Origin: Amoebophrya sp. A120
Lineage: Eukaryota; Protista; Dinoflagellata
Direction: 5' to 3'
DNA: 64,000 nt
Assembly (NCBI GenBank): GCA_905178155.1
Contig: CAJINV010000034.1
Location: 62,001 to 126,000, forward strand
Both the position numbers and the translations under genes were made by a program. The notes under the pieces were generated by a model that did no database searches, was not told the DNA's origin, and saw only the letters and a program-made list of their open reading frames with translations. This document shows, one piece after another, positions 11,601-23,600 of the stretch. Each line of letters starts with the position of its first letter. Within the stretch, counting starts at the first letter, position 1.

Positions 11601-14600
11601 GGCGTATGGCGTATTAGCACAAATTCCGCCCGAGTCCCAGATCGATATTTGCGATGCATATCAAAAAGCCGCTGGGAAACTTCAACACGAAGCTGGATCA
11701 AGTAACGTGCAATGTGATTTCTATCGTATGACTGCGTCAACTTACCCAAACTCAACTTACCCAAAAATTTAACTAGCCATTTTAATTAACTACTTAGAGT
11801 CCGGACTTACTATCCGGCGCCGTTAAATCTACGTTTATTAGTTAAGGTAAATAGCTATTTTGAAAGGGATGTTTTCAGGCGTGTGTAGAAGGCGCAACCT
11901 CCGCTACCAACGATCACGGATTCCCCTCGGAACGGCACCTTAACCCTGAACCCAAGCAGGAGCGGAAGATGGAGCGGAAATCGATGTAAACCGGCTGCTA
12001 TCCAAATGAAAATGCAAAGACCTCTCCAATGTGCGACAGCATCAAGCGCTTCTCTTGTAGATCATACAAAATGCAACACAATCGCCAAGCTGAAACGGAC
12101 AGAAAGAAAGCACTCAAATCATATAGCAGCACTGAGAAGATCCACTGGTAAACATCACAAATCAAGCACGAAAGAGGTCTGAATTCCAATGGTATAAATT
12201 CGCCAAAATGTCCAGCATCGAAATTGTAGGTCTCCAAAATTGCGCTGCTCCTCTCCACACATGCACTGTTCCAAGAATGACAATTTCAAACCGCAATGCT
12301 CTGAATATCTTCTAGCTCCTTCAGATCCTGGCTTCGTCGTCTCGTCGTCTTTAATTATTTTCTGCTCAGGATTGGGCGTATCCACAATTCCAATTTTTCA
12401 CCTTCACAGCAGCGACTGCTACTTACTTCGCAATGTCGAAGTGTCTCAACAAGAGCTGCAAGATGTTGCAGAAACAAAAGATGCGCTGGACCCCGCAGGA
12501 GGTCCTGTTGTGGCTCATCATGAGCTTGCTCGCCCTGATGTGCTATTCATTGCGGCGGTGGTGGAGGCGGGAAAGGAAACAACAGCATGGGCATCGTGAG
12601 CGAACTCGTGGCCTGGCTATCCCGCCTCGACACCGATGAGCTCAGCATGGTAATTCAGCGTGCCCGGCAAGAGCAGGAAAAAAAGATGGCCCGCGAGCAA
12701 GGAGTACTATTGATATTTGATTTCTTACCATGACAAACTGCCCTCTATTTCTTGAATTTGTAGTGATGCTTTACATTTTTGTTTTCATGCCTGTAGTCTC
12801 TGATGCAATTGTAGTGCCTGCCAATAAATACTCGCTTAACTGACTCAAATGTCAGTGCCTCCACCTGTCCCAAGTGCGCAGCGAGCCCCTAGCCCGCGGA
12901 GCCGGAACCTGGAATCAACTAGAACTTCGCGAGATCCGCGAGATCGTCAGTTGCTGGCGTGGAGTGCGACAAAGTGATCTAGATCGCCGCTTGGCCCATG
13001 GTGCGCAGTTCATCTGGCTCATTAGCAACATCAACATCCGGGCCGGAGGACAGGTATATACTTCTATGAACATGCGCGCGTTGATGTGTTGCTTCATCTA
13101 CAGATCGTGCTTGAGCGTTTTGATCATGTCATACAGGTCGTGACGCATAGATCTGGAGTCGGTTGTTCTACGAAATGAAAATCAGTAAAATCCCGCGTAT
13201 AACTACACAGATCCCGCAGGACTTGCGCCACCGCAGTGCTCGCGTTTGTGCGTGCTACCTGAGAAACGAGTACTGTCAAACCTCCGCCCGCGCCTTGTGC
13301 GACCGCATGCCCAGCCAGCGAGATGGAACTGGGTGCGATGCTGAGCCGCCGTGAGATCAACCCGGATGGGAGCGTGTTCTCCAAGGCCGCAGCTTTACTG
13401 CAAGGCTCCACCAACGCCACCTCCATGAACCTGGTCCACGGTGCCGCTTTCCCAATGGCCAGCGCAGCTCCAATTCAGGTGCACAACACGCTCAACATCG
13501 GCGCGCTTTTAGATCATGTAGTTATTATTTTTGATGGTTGCGTGCGTCGTGTGGTGGATTGAGAGTGAAGACGATCGCTTCCGCATGTAATCCAACAAGC
13601 CATAATATCAGGGCTCCAGCACCAGCATGATGATCACGGGCGGTTCGAACGCGCCTCCACTGATGGACCGCCCGCTGCAGACGTTCCCCGCGCGACGGTC
13701 GCTGACCATCGGCGAGAAGATGTCCGCAAACCGTGCCCCCCGTGGTAGCAACGACCCGATGCCGTTTCCCGAAGTGGAGCACTACGGCATGATGCACACG
13801 ACCACCACCGAGGCGACGACCAGTCCGCGCGGTTTGGTTGCGGACACGTCCAGGGAGCTGCTTCCCCCCGATGCGAAAACGACTGGCGCTTTGATTCCCA
13901 CCGGTGGTGGGAAGGAGACACTGCTCCCACCGGATTCTCCGGTGGCGAAGCCGCAGCCGAAGTCTGTCTCGATCCTGGCTGCGCCGTCTGCTAGCAGCGT
14001 GATGGAGTCGTCGTCTTCGAACGAGGCCCCGCAGCCGGAGTTCACGCTGGATGGTATCGATTCTTCCAGCGCCTCATCGGCCGTCGGCAACAACTTGTTG
14101 GACACCAACAGCACCCTGGGTGCGGAGTTTGACGCTTTCAACGACGCTGGCGCGACGGCGAAGGTATGAATCTGTAAAAACTCCTTTTGCAACCTCACAT
14201 CTATGTATGCATATTGACACTTCACACAAGTTGGCAGCTTTGCATTGTGTTTTCATTCTGTCACGCATTGAAAATGATGTTGTGAGGAGGCAAAGGGAGT
14301 TTTGTGTTTCATACCTTGCTAAGATGAAGTCCAAGGCCAAAGCTGCGTCCAAGGCCGAGCCGAAGGTGGAACCGAAGCCCGCCGCAAAACCGGCCGGAAA
14401 AGCCGCTACCAAAGCCGCTGCTAAGAATGCTGCGAAGGCGAAGTGTGCTGAGCCGCCGGCGAAGCGTGCGAAGAAGTGAATTATCTGCAGTAGTCGGCTT
14501 TCTTTCAATTCTTTGTTCTACATATTTGAGTGTAAAACATCGAAGTAGAAAGCTAGCACTTCTCACTATGGCTTGTTCTTTCTAGTGGAAGTGCCATGTA

Positions 14601-17600
14601 ATGTCTAGCAATTTTTTTGAAAGTGATTTCTTATTTGGTTTTTTCATTATATATTTGCTCTCGTCTCTCTCCATGGTAAAGACAAATCCGCAAGGACACA
14701 AATCTTCAGCCAGAGCTTTACACTTTCGCAACGCCCTATCCTTCGCCGGAGCAAAGTTATTTCTGCGTGCAGTTATGGACGGAGCTCTTGGCAAGGAAAC
14801 TACTTTTTAAAAGCAGCACGCACTAGAAATATTTGACGACTCCATGGGGCTGCGCGTTCTTCTGGCGTGGTAAGTCCACGCATCTATAAACGAGAGGATG
14901 ACGAAGCGCTGCTTGTACTACAGGCGGCGCGGCATTATGATGAAAACATCAAAGACCGGCTGTAAAAGCCATTTGAATTTTTGAAAGTAGCTGTGGTCTT
15001 AGTCAGCTACTGTCTGTAAAACGATGAAAAAATGAACTTGCGCGACCTGCTTGAAAGGCTACTGCGATTGGCGTTTTGTGTTGTTCTGCTGCTGATTGTG
15101 TCGCTGTTGCGGGCTAATGATGAGGGACAGATGAGAGATGCGCTGAAGTTTGTGTCTTCGTAGCATAGCACACCCTGGTTGAAGATTATGTACTTCGCGC
15201 GAGCAAGATGCTTCCCTTCCCGCAAGTCGATCCGTTCTTGGCGGCTGAAAATGCCGTTGTTGCGCATGAAGCGGTGGCGCAAGCTGCTGCGCCGTCTCGG
15301 TATACAGCTTCCAAGGCGACGCACTGGACGCAGGTCCACCTCGACCGCGTCTCCGGAAAAGCAGAATTCGCAGTGCGTTCCGTTTTCCGCGATCCGAAGC
15401 ACTGTGGCCGCGATATATCATCGATGGCAATGGTGCTCAGAAGAAGCCACAACATCTACGATTGTCCCGATAATATAATGCTTCGGGGTGACGCGAGGAA
15501 CTTGGTACTGTAACTCATTGACGCGGAGCTTTTTTATTTGTAGCAGTATCATGAGTCACAGCATTACATCGAAGATTCTGCATATTGTGACGCATCTTAT
15601 GTATTATGCCGAAAACGTTAAATATCAGTGTTGGCGCCTGCTGTACCGCAAGAAGGAGCTGTATGGCGATCAAGCCCGGTGGAGAGACATCATCGGTGGT
15701 TGCCCATTTTCGAAAAGCATCGAGAACATCGACGCTCGCAATTTTGAAGAGTGTGTTGCTGGAGTCGAGGCGTACGGTAGGCAGCAACTTGGAGGGAATA
15801 GTCGAACCAGCACCAAGCTGCCTGAACGAAGCCGCGAGATGGTGCTACGTTCTTTTTTTGCATGCAAAAATGACATGACTTGGGTGGTGCATCGCATGAG
15901 ATGTTTTATGGATGCAGTGACTGAGTAGTAGTCTTCATATGCGTGTTGTTATGCGTCAGTCGATCGAAATAAATATCAGGACTATTACATGCGGCGATAC
16001 TCGGGTGCGAAAATTACTGCGCGGCGCAGAGCTCTCCCGCGGACAAACTGCAGACTTATTATGGAGCAATACTTCGAGCCACTGAATATAAACCCAAGTA
16101 ACCAGTGGACTTTATGCCACGACTACTCTTCGCAGCGAGCGGCGGCTGCATGCCTATGGATGCGTGGTATATTTTATATAAAAGCGCGACCTACTCCTTT
16201 CATGCTTGCGACAAGAAGAAGTTTGCTCATTTCAAAAACTACATCATCACGCGTGACATCCTTGAGCAAAGACATCAGGTGGGATTCTCGCAGCCAGAAT
16301 GCAAACGCTGGCTCGGAAAAATGGAAGAAGACTACTGCGCAATACCAATGGCAATGAAGACGGCGGAGTTTCCAAATATCAGCGACCAGAAGAAGCACAA
16401 AGATGATCACACTGCCTTGCCACTGGCTGCAGTGGCATGGCGTTTCTCTGCACGGTAGAAGAACTCTTTGGCGCCGAGGCTCTTGCTGCTGTGCTACTTG
16501 ATCCGGGTATAACGTGCGAAGCAATCGACGTGGCGAGTTGGTACGACAGCAAAAGCCCGGCTGTGTGGTCGCTGATTTTGAACGTTCTCTCGGACCAGGG
16601 CCCGTCCGAATTGAGAATGTGGCAAGTTCTCCTCCAATATATAGATGGAGCCACAAGATTACCCATCCAACATCGTCTCAGTAATAATACTGCCAATTTG
16701 TGCGAAGAAATCTCAGGCGGACAGCCCCGGGCGCCTTCGGGTTCTAATTACCAACTAAAATTCGGCTAATTTGAGAGCGCGCGCAGCCCCCTTGCGCCGG
16801 CTTGGTTGCGTGCCGAATCTCGTTGCGGAGCGCACGGGGCACATTCGGCGCGCCGCTATTCGAATGTGAGCCCGTGGCCTCGTGGCTTTGCCGATTTCGC
16901 GGCGGGGGTGTCTTTCGCTTTGCGGTATTGGCTTCGGCGGCCCGTCCCCCTTGGGTCTGGAAGCCGTGGGCGGTTGGTTGGGGCGTGTTCTGGTTTGTCG
17001 TTCGGCCTGTGACCCTCCCGGCATGGCTTCCGTCTGTGTGTTTTTTGGGCCGGGCGTGGCAGGCCGACGGACTTTGCCCCGGTAGGGAGTTTCGCGCCCC
17101 GTCCTATGGTTTCCTCCTTCTTCGTCTGGAGATGGTCCTGGGCGCGGGCAGTTCAAACATGGTGTCGACCATGTTTGACATGCCTGCCAAAAGCCCCGGG
17201 AACACCTCCCGGAATTTTCTAATTTGAAATTCTAATTGGAAAACGCACCTATTTTCGGCGCTTCTAATCTGCACCTAATCTGCAGCTAATCTGCGCCTAA
17301 TTTGCAGCTAATGTAGCTGCTAATAGGCGCTAATTGGCTGGCTAATTTGCAGCGGCCGAAAATCGCTACCGATTTCACTGTACAAAATCGCAGAAATTTT
17401 GTACAGGGAAATCGGGAACGATTTTTTGGCCGGGGGCTTGGGGATTCTCTGCAAATTAGATGCAGATTAAAGAGCATATTAGACACGGTTCCAAAAAAAT
17501 TAGATTGCAAATTAGAAACCTATTTTTCGGGGGGTCGGGTGGTGTCTCCGGATGCAAATTAAACACGAAACCGGCGCGCGCCGGACACGAATTCGAAGCC

Positions 17601-20600
17601 GATTCTGATTTGTGTCCTTTCATTCTGGCCCGGCCGATGTTTGCCCGCCCGCGTCCTCTCTTCGAATTTTGATGGCCTGTGGCCGGGCCTTTGATTGGTT
17701 GGGCGCCGCGTGTATCGGCTTGCGCTGGCGCCATGAATTCCCTTGGTGGGCCTTTCTTTGTGTTCCGGCCGGGCTTTGGGTCCGGCAGGGTGTGTGGTGT
17801 TTCTCCGTTCCGGGTTGCTTTTTTTGCCTGATTTTGCGCCTTGTTGATTCCGTTACGCCCGCCCGCGGAACAATAGTGGTCGGGGGGTTCTTTGGTTCTT
17901 CGGGGAGGCATCGCCCTCGGGTTAGGTTGTTCGGCCGGGGTGTTTTTTTCTGTGCTTGCGCCTTCTTTTGGTTCTCAAATTAGCCAACTTTCAGAAACGA
18001 ATTAGAAAAAGAAGTCGCCCGGACCTGTCCGCCTGAAGAAATCCGGCGGCTCTGCGATACTATTCGGCCGCACTTAAACGGACCGAAGGGAAGTGGTGGA
18101 AGTGTTGGCGTATTTTCGAAAATGTGGCAGCACTTGGAACGAGAAGTAGATGACTCCGATGCCGACACCGCAGCGCGTATTGCAGCGATGGGCTTCATGG
18201 TGGAGGTGGACGCCGAGACATTGAAGGACGCAATCGAAAACAGACGCACTGCTACCTGATTTTATTTCCATATGAAAACATATAACTTCTCATGCTATAT
18301 TTCATGACATAACAGCTTCGAGCTGATGCCATCAAGTCAAATTATATTTGTTTTGCATAGAGCATAGCATCGGGGAAGCAATATATTTTTAGGCATGGAT
18401 CAGGGGGATCATTGATCCCCCTCCCCGATGGTAGATTTTGAATCGACAAAAAATCATCACACCGTCGCGATTAGAGAAAAAAAGACGTCTCGGATTTTTT
18501 TCAATTCAGGCGCATAAATTATAAAGTATTTCGATACCTGTCTCATGCTTCCATTTCATTTACAATTCCAACCAAGGCACGAAGCTGGTGAATGGTGTCT
18601 CAACGCGGTGGCAACGCAGCCCAGCCGGCGCAAAAATCCTCTCGGAGAACCCGCATGAGTTTGATTTTATATTCAGCGCCTTGATGGACGACGAGCGGCT
18701 CCACGACACGACTGCTGCGCGAAGAGCTGCTCGCCAAGAACTCGAAAGTCGAAGTGCAGAAGACAACGACTATGATGGTCGATTCCGGTGCGACGATTTA
18801 GATCACGCGGCGGCAGCACTTGGCGGCACGTGGTTGGGATATGCGAGCCAGGTGTACGGTGCGAAAACGAAAGCTCCACCCGGCGACGCGGAAGCTCTTC
18901 TCGACATATCAAAAACGCATGTCGATGCGCATTACCTCTTCGAAGCTCTTTTCGGCAGCGACCGCACGAAGATGTTTGCGAAACCGGAAGCGCTAGCAAC
19001 TGCGCGAAGGTTTCTCGACCCGAATCTCGACGAAAATTCTCATCTAACAACTCCGCAACTGCGCGAGAAAGTGCGGGCTCGACGCGACGCGTTTTGGAAG
19101 GATATGGTGGTAGATGCGGTCGCTTCTCTGCCGAAAAGCGACAATCACAGGAAGACTTTCTGGAAGTTTTTGCGTAACGTTTTGCAGTGCGATATGCAGG
19201 ACCTCTACGACCCGCAATACGGTCTGTTCGAGTCCATCGTCGACAAGCGCATCACTACTCCTACCCGCGACCAAGTTCCGCACCTTGAGAAAAGTCTTCC
19301 ATTTCGGCAGTTCGGATTCACAAAGCGGTCAATGCGCTGCATCATAGATGAACGCCTCGATGTTTTGGAGGAGAAGACCAACGCGAACTGCAAGTCTTTT
19401 TTTCTCAGTGAGAAAATTATCGAAAACGCCTGGAAGGACAAGTTGTTGCAGAAGAAGGCCGGCAAAGCGGATCAGTCACAGTACACCCGGCAGATTGCGC
19501 GGTGGAATCTAGTGGAGAAAACGCCCTGCTTCGAAACTATTCCGATATGCAAGAACCAGGAGAAGACTCCGCCGCTGGGTACTACTACTATTGTCGATGG
19601 CATCAGCGAGGTTTTGCAGAATCGCAAAAAGATCTGCAGTACTACGATGGACACAGCGATGAAACAACTGGAAACCAATGCGCTCGCGGTGGATAGTGCT
19701 TCCAAATCTGCGTCGCAAGCCGATGAGTTTGAACAGCTTCTCGGCGATCTGGAGAAGTTTGCGCGGGAAAAAGCAAAAAAAACTCCGCTGGTTCAGAAGC
19801 TGTGGGGCGACCTCCTGGATCACAAGAAATCTTATTTCGGAAGCGAGAGCCTTGGCCTCAGAGGCATGATCACCAAGTGCGTCCTGGACTACGAGATCCA
19901 GTCGCCCGAAGAATATAAAATGCACAAGAGCTGCAGCGTCGTCCTGGCCGAGAAGAAGAAAATAGCAGCGCAAATTGCTGAGCGGGGTTTTGTCATCGGT
20001 CGCGATTCGAAAACGCACCAGGTGACTTGCGTCTTCTACTATTCCGGCGGCCGCATCGGATACAAAAATCCCCGCCAAAGCGAGGATAGCAGCAGCGTGT
20101 ACTTGATGTGCGAGACCGTGCAAACAATTGCTTTCCAGCCGGATTTCTTGCGCGGAGTAGACTTTTTTGAAGGTTCCATCCATCCGTCCATCGGAAAAGT
20201 TACACGCTTCGAAATCGAGCTCCGGAATGTGCACTGGTTGCCTTCTACTACCGCGATGCTTTCCGTTTTTCAGCACGCTAAGGTAGACCAGCAGTATGCT
20301 GCGCTGCGAGGACTAGTCAACCAGTTTCCGGAGTTTACGAAGCACTTGTTTTCGAAGCTACCAGAGCGGGTGCGTCGTGCGTGTTTCATCAGTTACAAGG
20401 ACGGAAACTTCTCCTCTTTGCACATGGAAAAACTGATCGAGAGGCTCAGCGACAAGCGGCTGCGCAAATCTACCACCACTCTCGAGTTCGTCCAGCAGCA
20501 CAATAAAAAAATCGACGAAGCGCGGGAGAAGGCTGCGCATTCGGTTTTCGATCCGAAAATGCGCGAGGCCATCGCTGGTGGTAAATCGTCGTCGTCTTCC

Positions 20601-23600
20601 GCGGGCTGTTCCCGCGAGCGCGCAAAAGTCATCATTTCCGTACACCAAAACAACCTGCCGGGCTTCGTTCCGAAATTAATCGCGGTAGGCCGCAGCCATC
20701 GTGTGACGCAAGGTGTCGGCGGCGACAAGGTGAGGCTCTACTGGGCCGAGCCGGATTACAAACCGAAAAAAAGTCCTCTCTGCCCGGAATGCGAAACCAC
20801 CGGCGATGGAGCATATGAGGAAAATTGCAATCGCCACCTGAGTTTCAACTTCATTTGCAACCAAAGTAAAAATGTCACGCGCGTTTCATTCTGCAAAAAT
20901 TCACGTGGCGATTGCATTTTTCATGTTCGTAATGATCTTGCAAATTTTAAACGCTTTTTGTTGCCCCGCGTGCTGCTTGAGTTCGGTCTTGAAGCTGCTG
21001 ATGTGAACGCTACGTATCTGAGGAAAATGCGAGTAGAGAAAAATGCCTAGTCAGCTGCTACTTGCGGCGCTTCTGCATAGTATCGATTTAGCATGACAGG
21101 AGGCGATGGCGCATTTTTAATAGTCAGAAGCTGTGCTTCTTTTTTTACATTTTTTGCATGACAAATACCCTTTCTTTTCATTCTAGAATTGATGTCATGC
21201 AAAGTGCATCCGCTCGCATTTTCCTTGCATACGCTGATCAGTGAAAAAATGGTCAACATAGTTGCGGACGAGCTCGACCTAGACCAGGAGCAGTGCACCG
21301 GAAGTAAAATCTTCTCCAAAGCAGCAGAACAAAAAACAACAGCTGAGAAGCGGGCCACCCTTCTTCCTGTAGTCGAAGAAAAAGAAACGAAACAAAGAAA
21401 GATGTCAAGTAAAGCAGCAAAAAAATCCGAACCTTCCAAAAGTAAAGCTAGTTCGTCAAAACTAAACGCTCCAGGAAAAGGAGACGTGCCGCGACTTACT
21501 GGACCAAAGGCGAAAATGAAGTCGAAGAAGAAAAAAGACGATACAGACAGTGAAGATGAAGAAGACGACTAAACCAGTAAAAGCGTACTTATTTAGTGGT
21601 AGTGACTGCAAAACGCAATAACGCGCTTCAGTTTTTTTTGTTTCTATCGAGCCACTCTATTACTTCCTCCACATGCCGGCTTTTGCCTCGCGATTTATCT
21701 TCGTGCGTTTTGAAAAAAAACACCTCTATGATAACTCTTTCGAGTCAGTGACAAGGGTCGCACTTTTTGAAAAAAGTAGTTGCATGAGTATAGTAAAACA
21801 AAAAAAACTCAGTAGCACCGTAGTGCAAGTTTTATAGTGCGTCCTCTTGAATAAAATACCCTGCAAGCGTATGCCTACAGAAACTGCTTGCCCTCACTAC
21901 AGTACCAGCCTGGTGCTCGCTGGAGTTTACATTATTCCGCAGCTGTTATCGTTCGCTGTGCCATTGTCGTGATGGTTCTGCTTGTCGTGGTCAGCTGGTT
22001 GCTTTCGTTTTGTATTAGTCGGAAACTCATCTTCAAGTGCACGCGCTACTGCTTTTGCTAGTTCGTCTTTCTCGAAGTATTTCATCTCGATCCACCGGCT
22101 TCGTTTCTTTCGCACACCAGCAACAGGAGGGCACGCAGCAAGCATGCTAATCCCAGGGTGGCTGTGGTTTTGAGAGTGCAATTACATCTCGAGTCTCGTT
22201 ATTTTTTGCTTCGTAGTTGTGTCTTCTTTTCCTCGTCAAAAACACGTGCTCCATGCAGTTTCGAAGCCCATATATGTTTCTTTAGGTTTGGCTTCAAGCT
22301 ATTGCATCACCAGATAACAAAAACGCACCTGTCGTCTCGCCGTAAGTAACCATTAGCGTCCAACTCTGCAAAAGAGATAAGTACGGAGCCTGCTAGCTCA
22401 AAGGCGCGAGGGCTAGCGGCATCATATGGCTCAACGTGAGCCAGTAGGTAGTCCGCGTCTCCACGTTCGTAGTTTTTCCCGCTCTTCCTGGTTTTAGATT
22501 TTTGAGGGCGTAGTGGATCTACAAAAAGCGACAACAACTAACACCTTCGAACAATATCAAAATGCACCACGTACCGCAGCATCTTCACCCTCAAACCCAG
22601 CGACGCGCCGTTTTCAACCCGCCACACGCCAGCCTTCTCCTGTACCGCGATACGATGCTGCTCTTGCCCTGCGAAGTAATTAAAGATGCCCGTCCGTCGC
22701 TTCGCCTTCGGTTTCGGCTAATTCATACCGGATTCCGCTGTTTTGTAACGAGTCGCAGAAGGCTAGTCTTGCTGCTTTCTCTCGTAGCGATCCGGCACTG
22801 AAGCAGTTCGCCAGCGTTGTGTTTGTAAATAGATTAGTACTGGAAGCGCACCAAATTGCGTTCAACCGCTGCGATAGATTGCTCCTCGTGCAATTGTGTC
22901 GCGCGTTTGTTGCGTCGAAATTTGCATACCGCCCGCACTGATGAACCAGGTGAACTAGGACTTCATCGGTGTCGTCCAATGATATCCCAACCAGCACAAC
23001 ATCGCGCAAAGCAGTTTTCTCGTTGTTCAGAATCGACTTCGTTTTTCTGTGGTAGTCTCCGGCTCTCCGCGAAGTTACTTTGAGCTGCATAGGTAGAGAA
23101 AATCCTGCGTCATGGCCTCCCGAGCGGGTTCGGTTTTTATTCGTATAGCGCAGTCGTGCGTAGAAGTCAGCTTTTTTCTCGTGCGCTGGCACGACCGTAA
23201 ATGACTCCTCTATAAGCTCCCTGAAGAGAGTAGCTCCTTTGCGCTCAGTTTTCTTAGGATCTGAGCCCATCTCGTTCGTATGAAAGGATAAACGTGAGGG
23301 ATTTTCACAATTTCCAATGTAAAAACGCACTTCGTCGGGATCGAAAATCAACATTACTACCCTGAAAATTCTTACAGTTGAAGCGATTCATTGTTCTATT
23401 TGCCATGTAAATCGCTACACTTTGACCACTTTTCATTACAAGAACCCGCCAGCTTCCCCATATAAGGCATTTTGATCATGCACCCCATGAGCACTACCTT
23501 GTACAGCTTTGCATATCTAGATCCTTTCAATATACAATTGCAATACAATTAGAAAGGATCTGTAGTGGTTGTTATTGTGCTGGTTCTGTGCGATGTAGTA

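Larger units (their letters stand above)
15208..18259 (+). pseudogene. Cargo gene of the giant element, disrupted by a nested TIR element and frameshifts
   Basis: ORF pieces at 15208, 15488, 15989/16105 and 16437. Removing 16713-18043 joins NLCEEI|RRLCDTIRPHL, open to TGA at 18257-18259. Confidence 0.55.

Noticed and set aside
11738-11765. Telomere-like repeat (caacttacccaaa x2)
   Set aside because: Only two copies, and part of the giant element's TIR.
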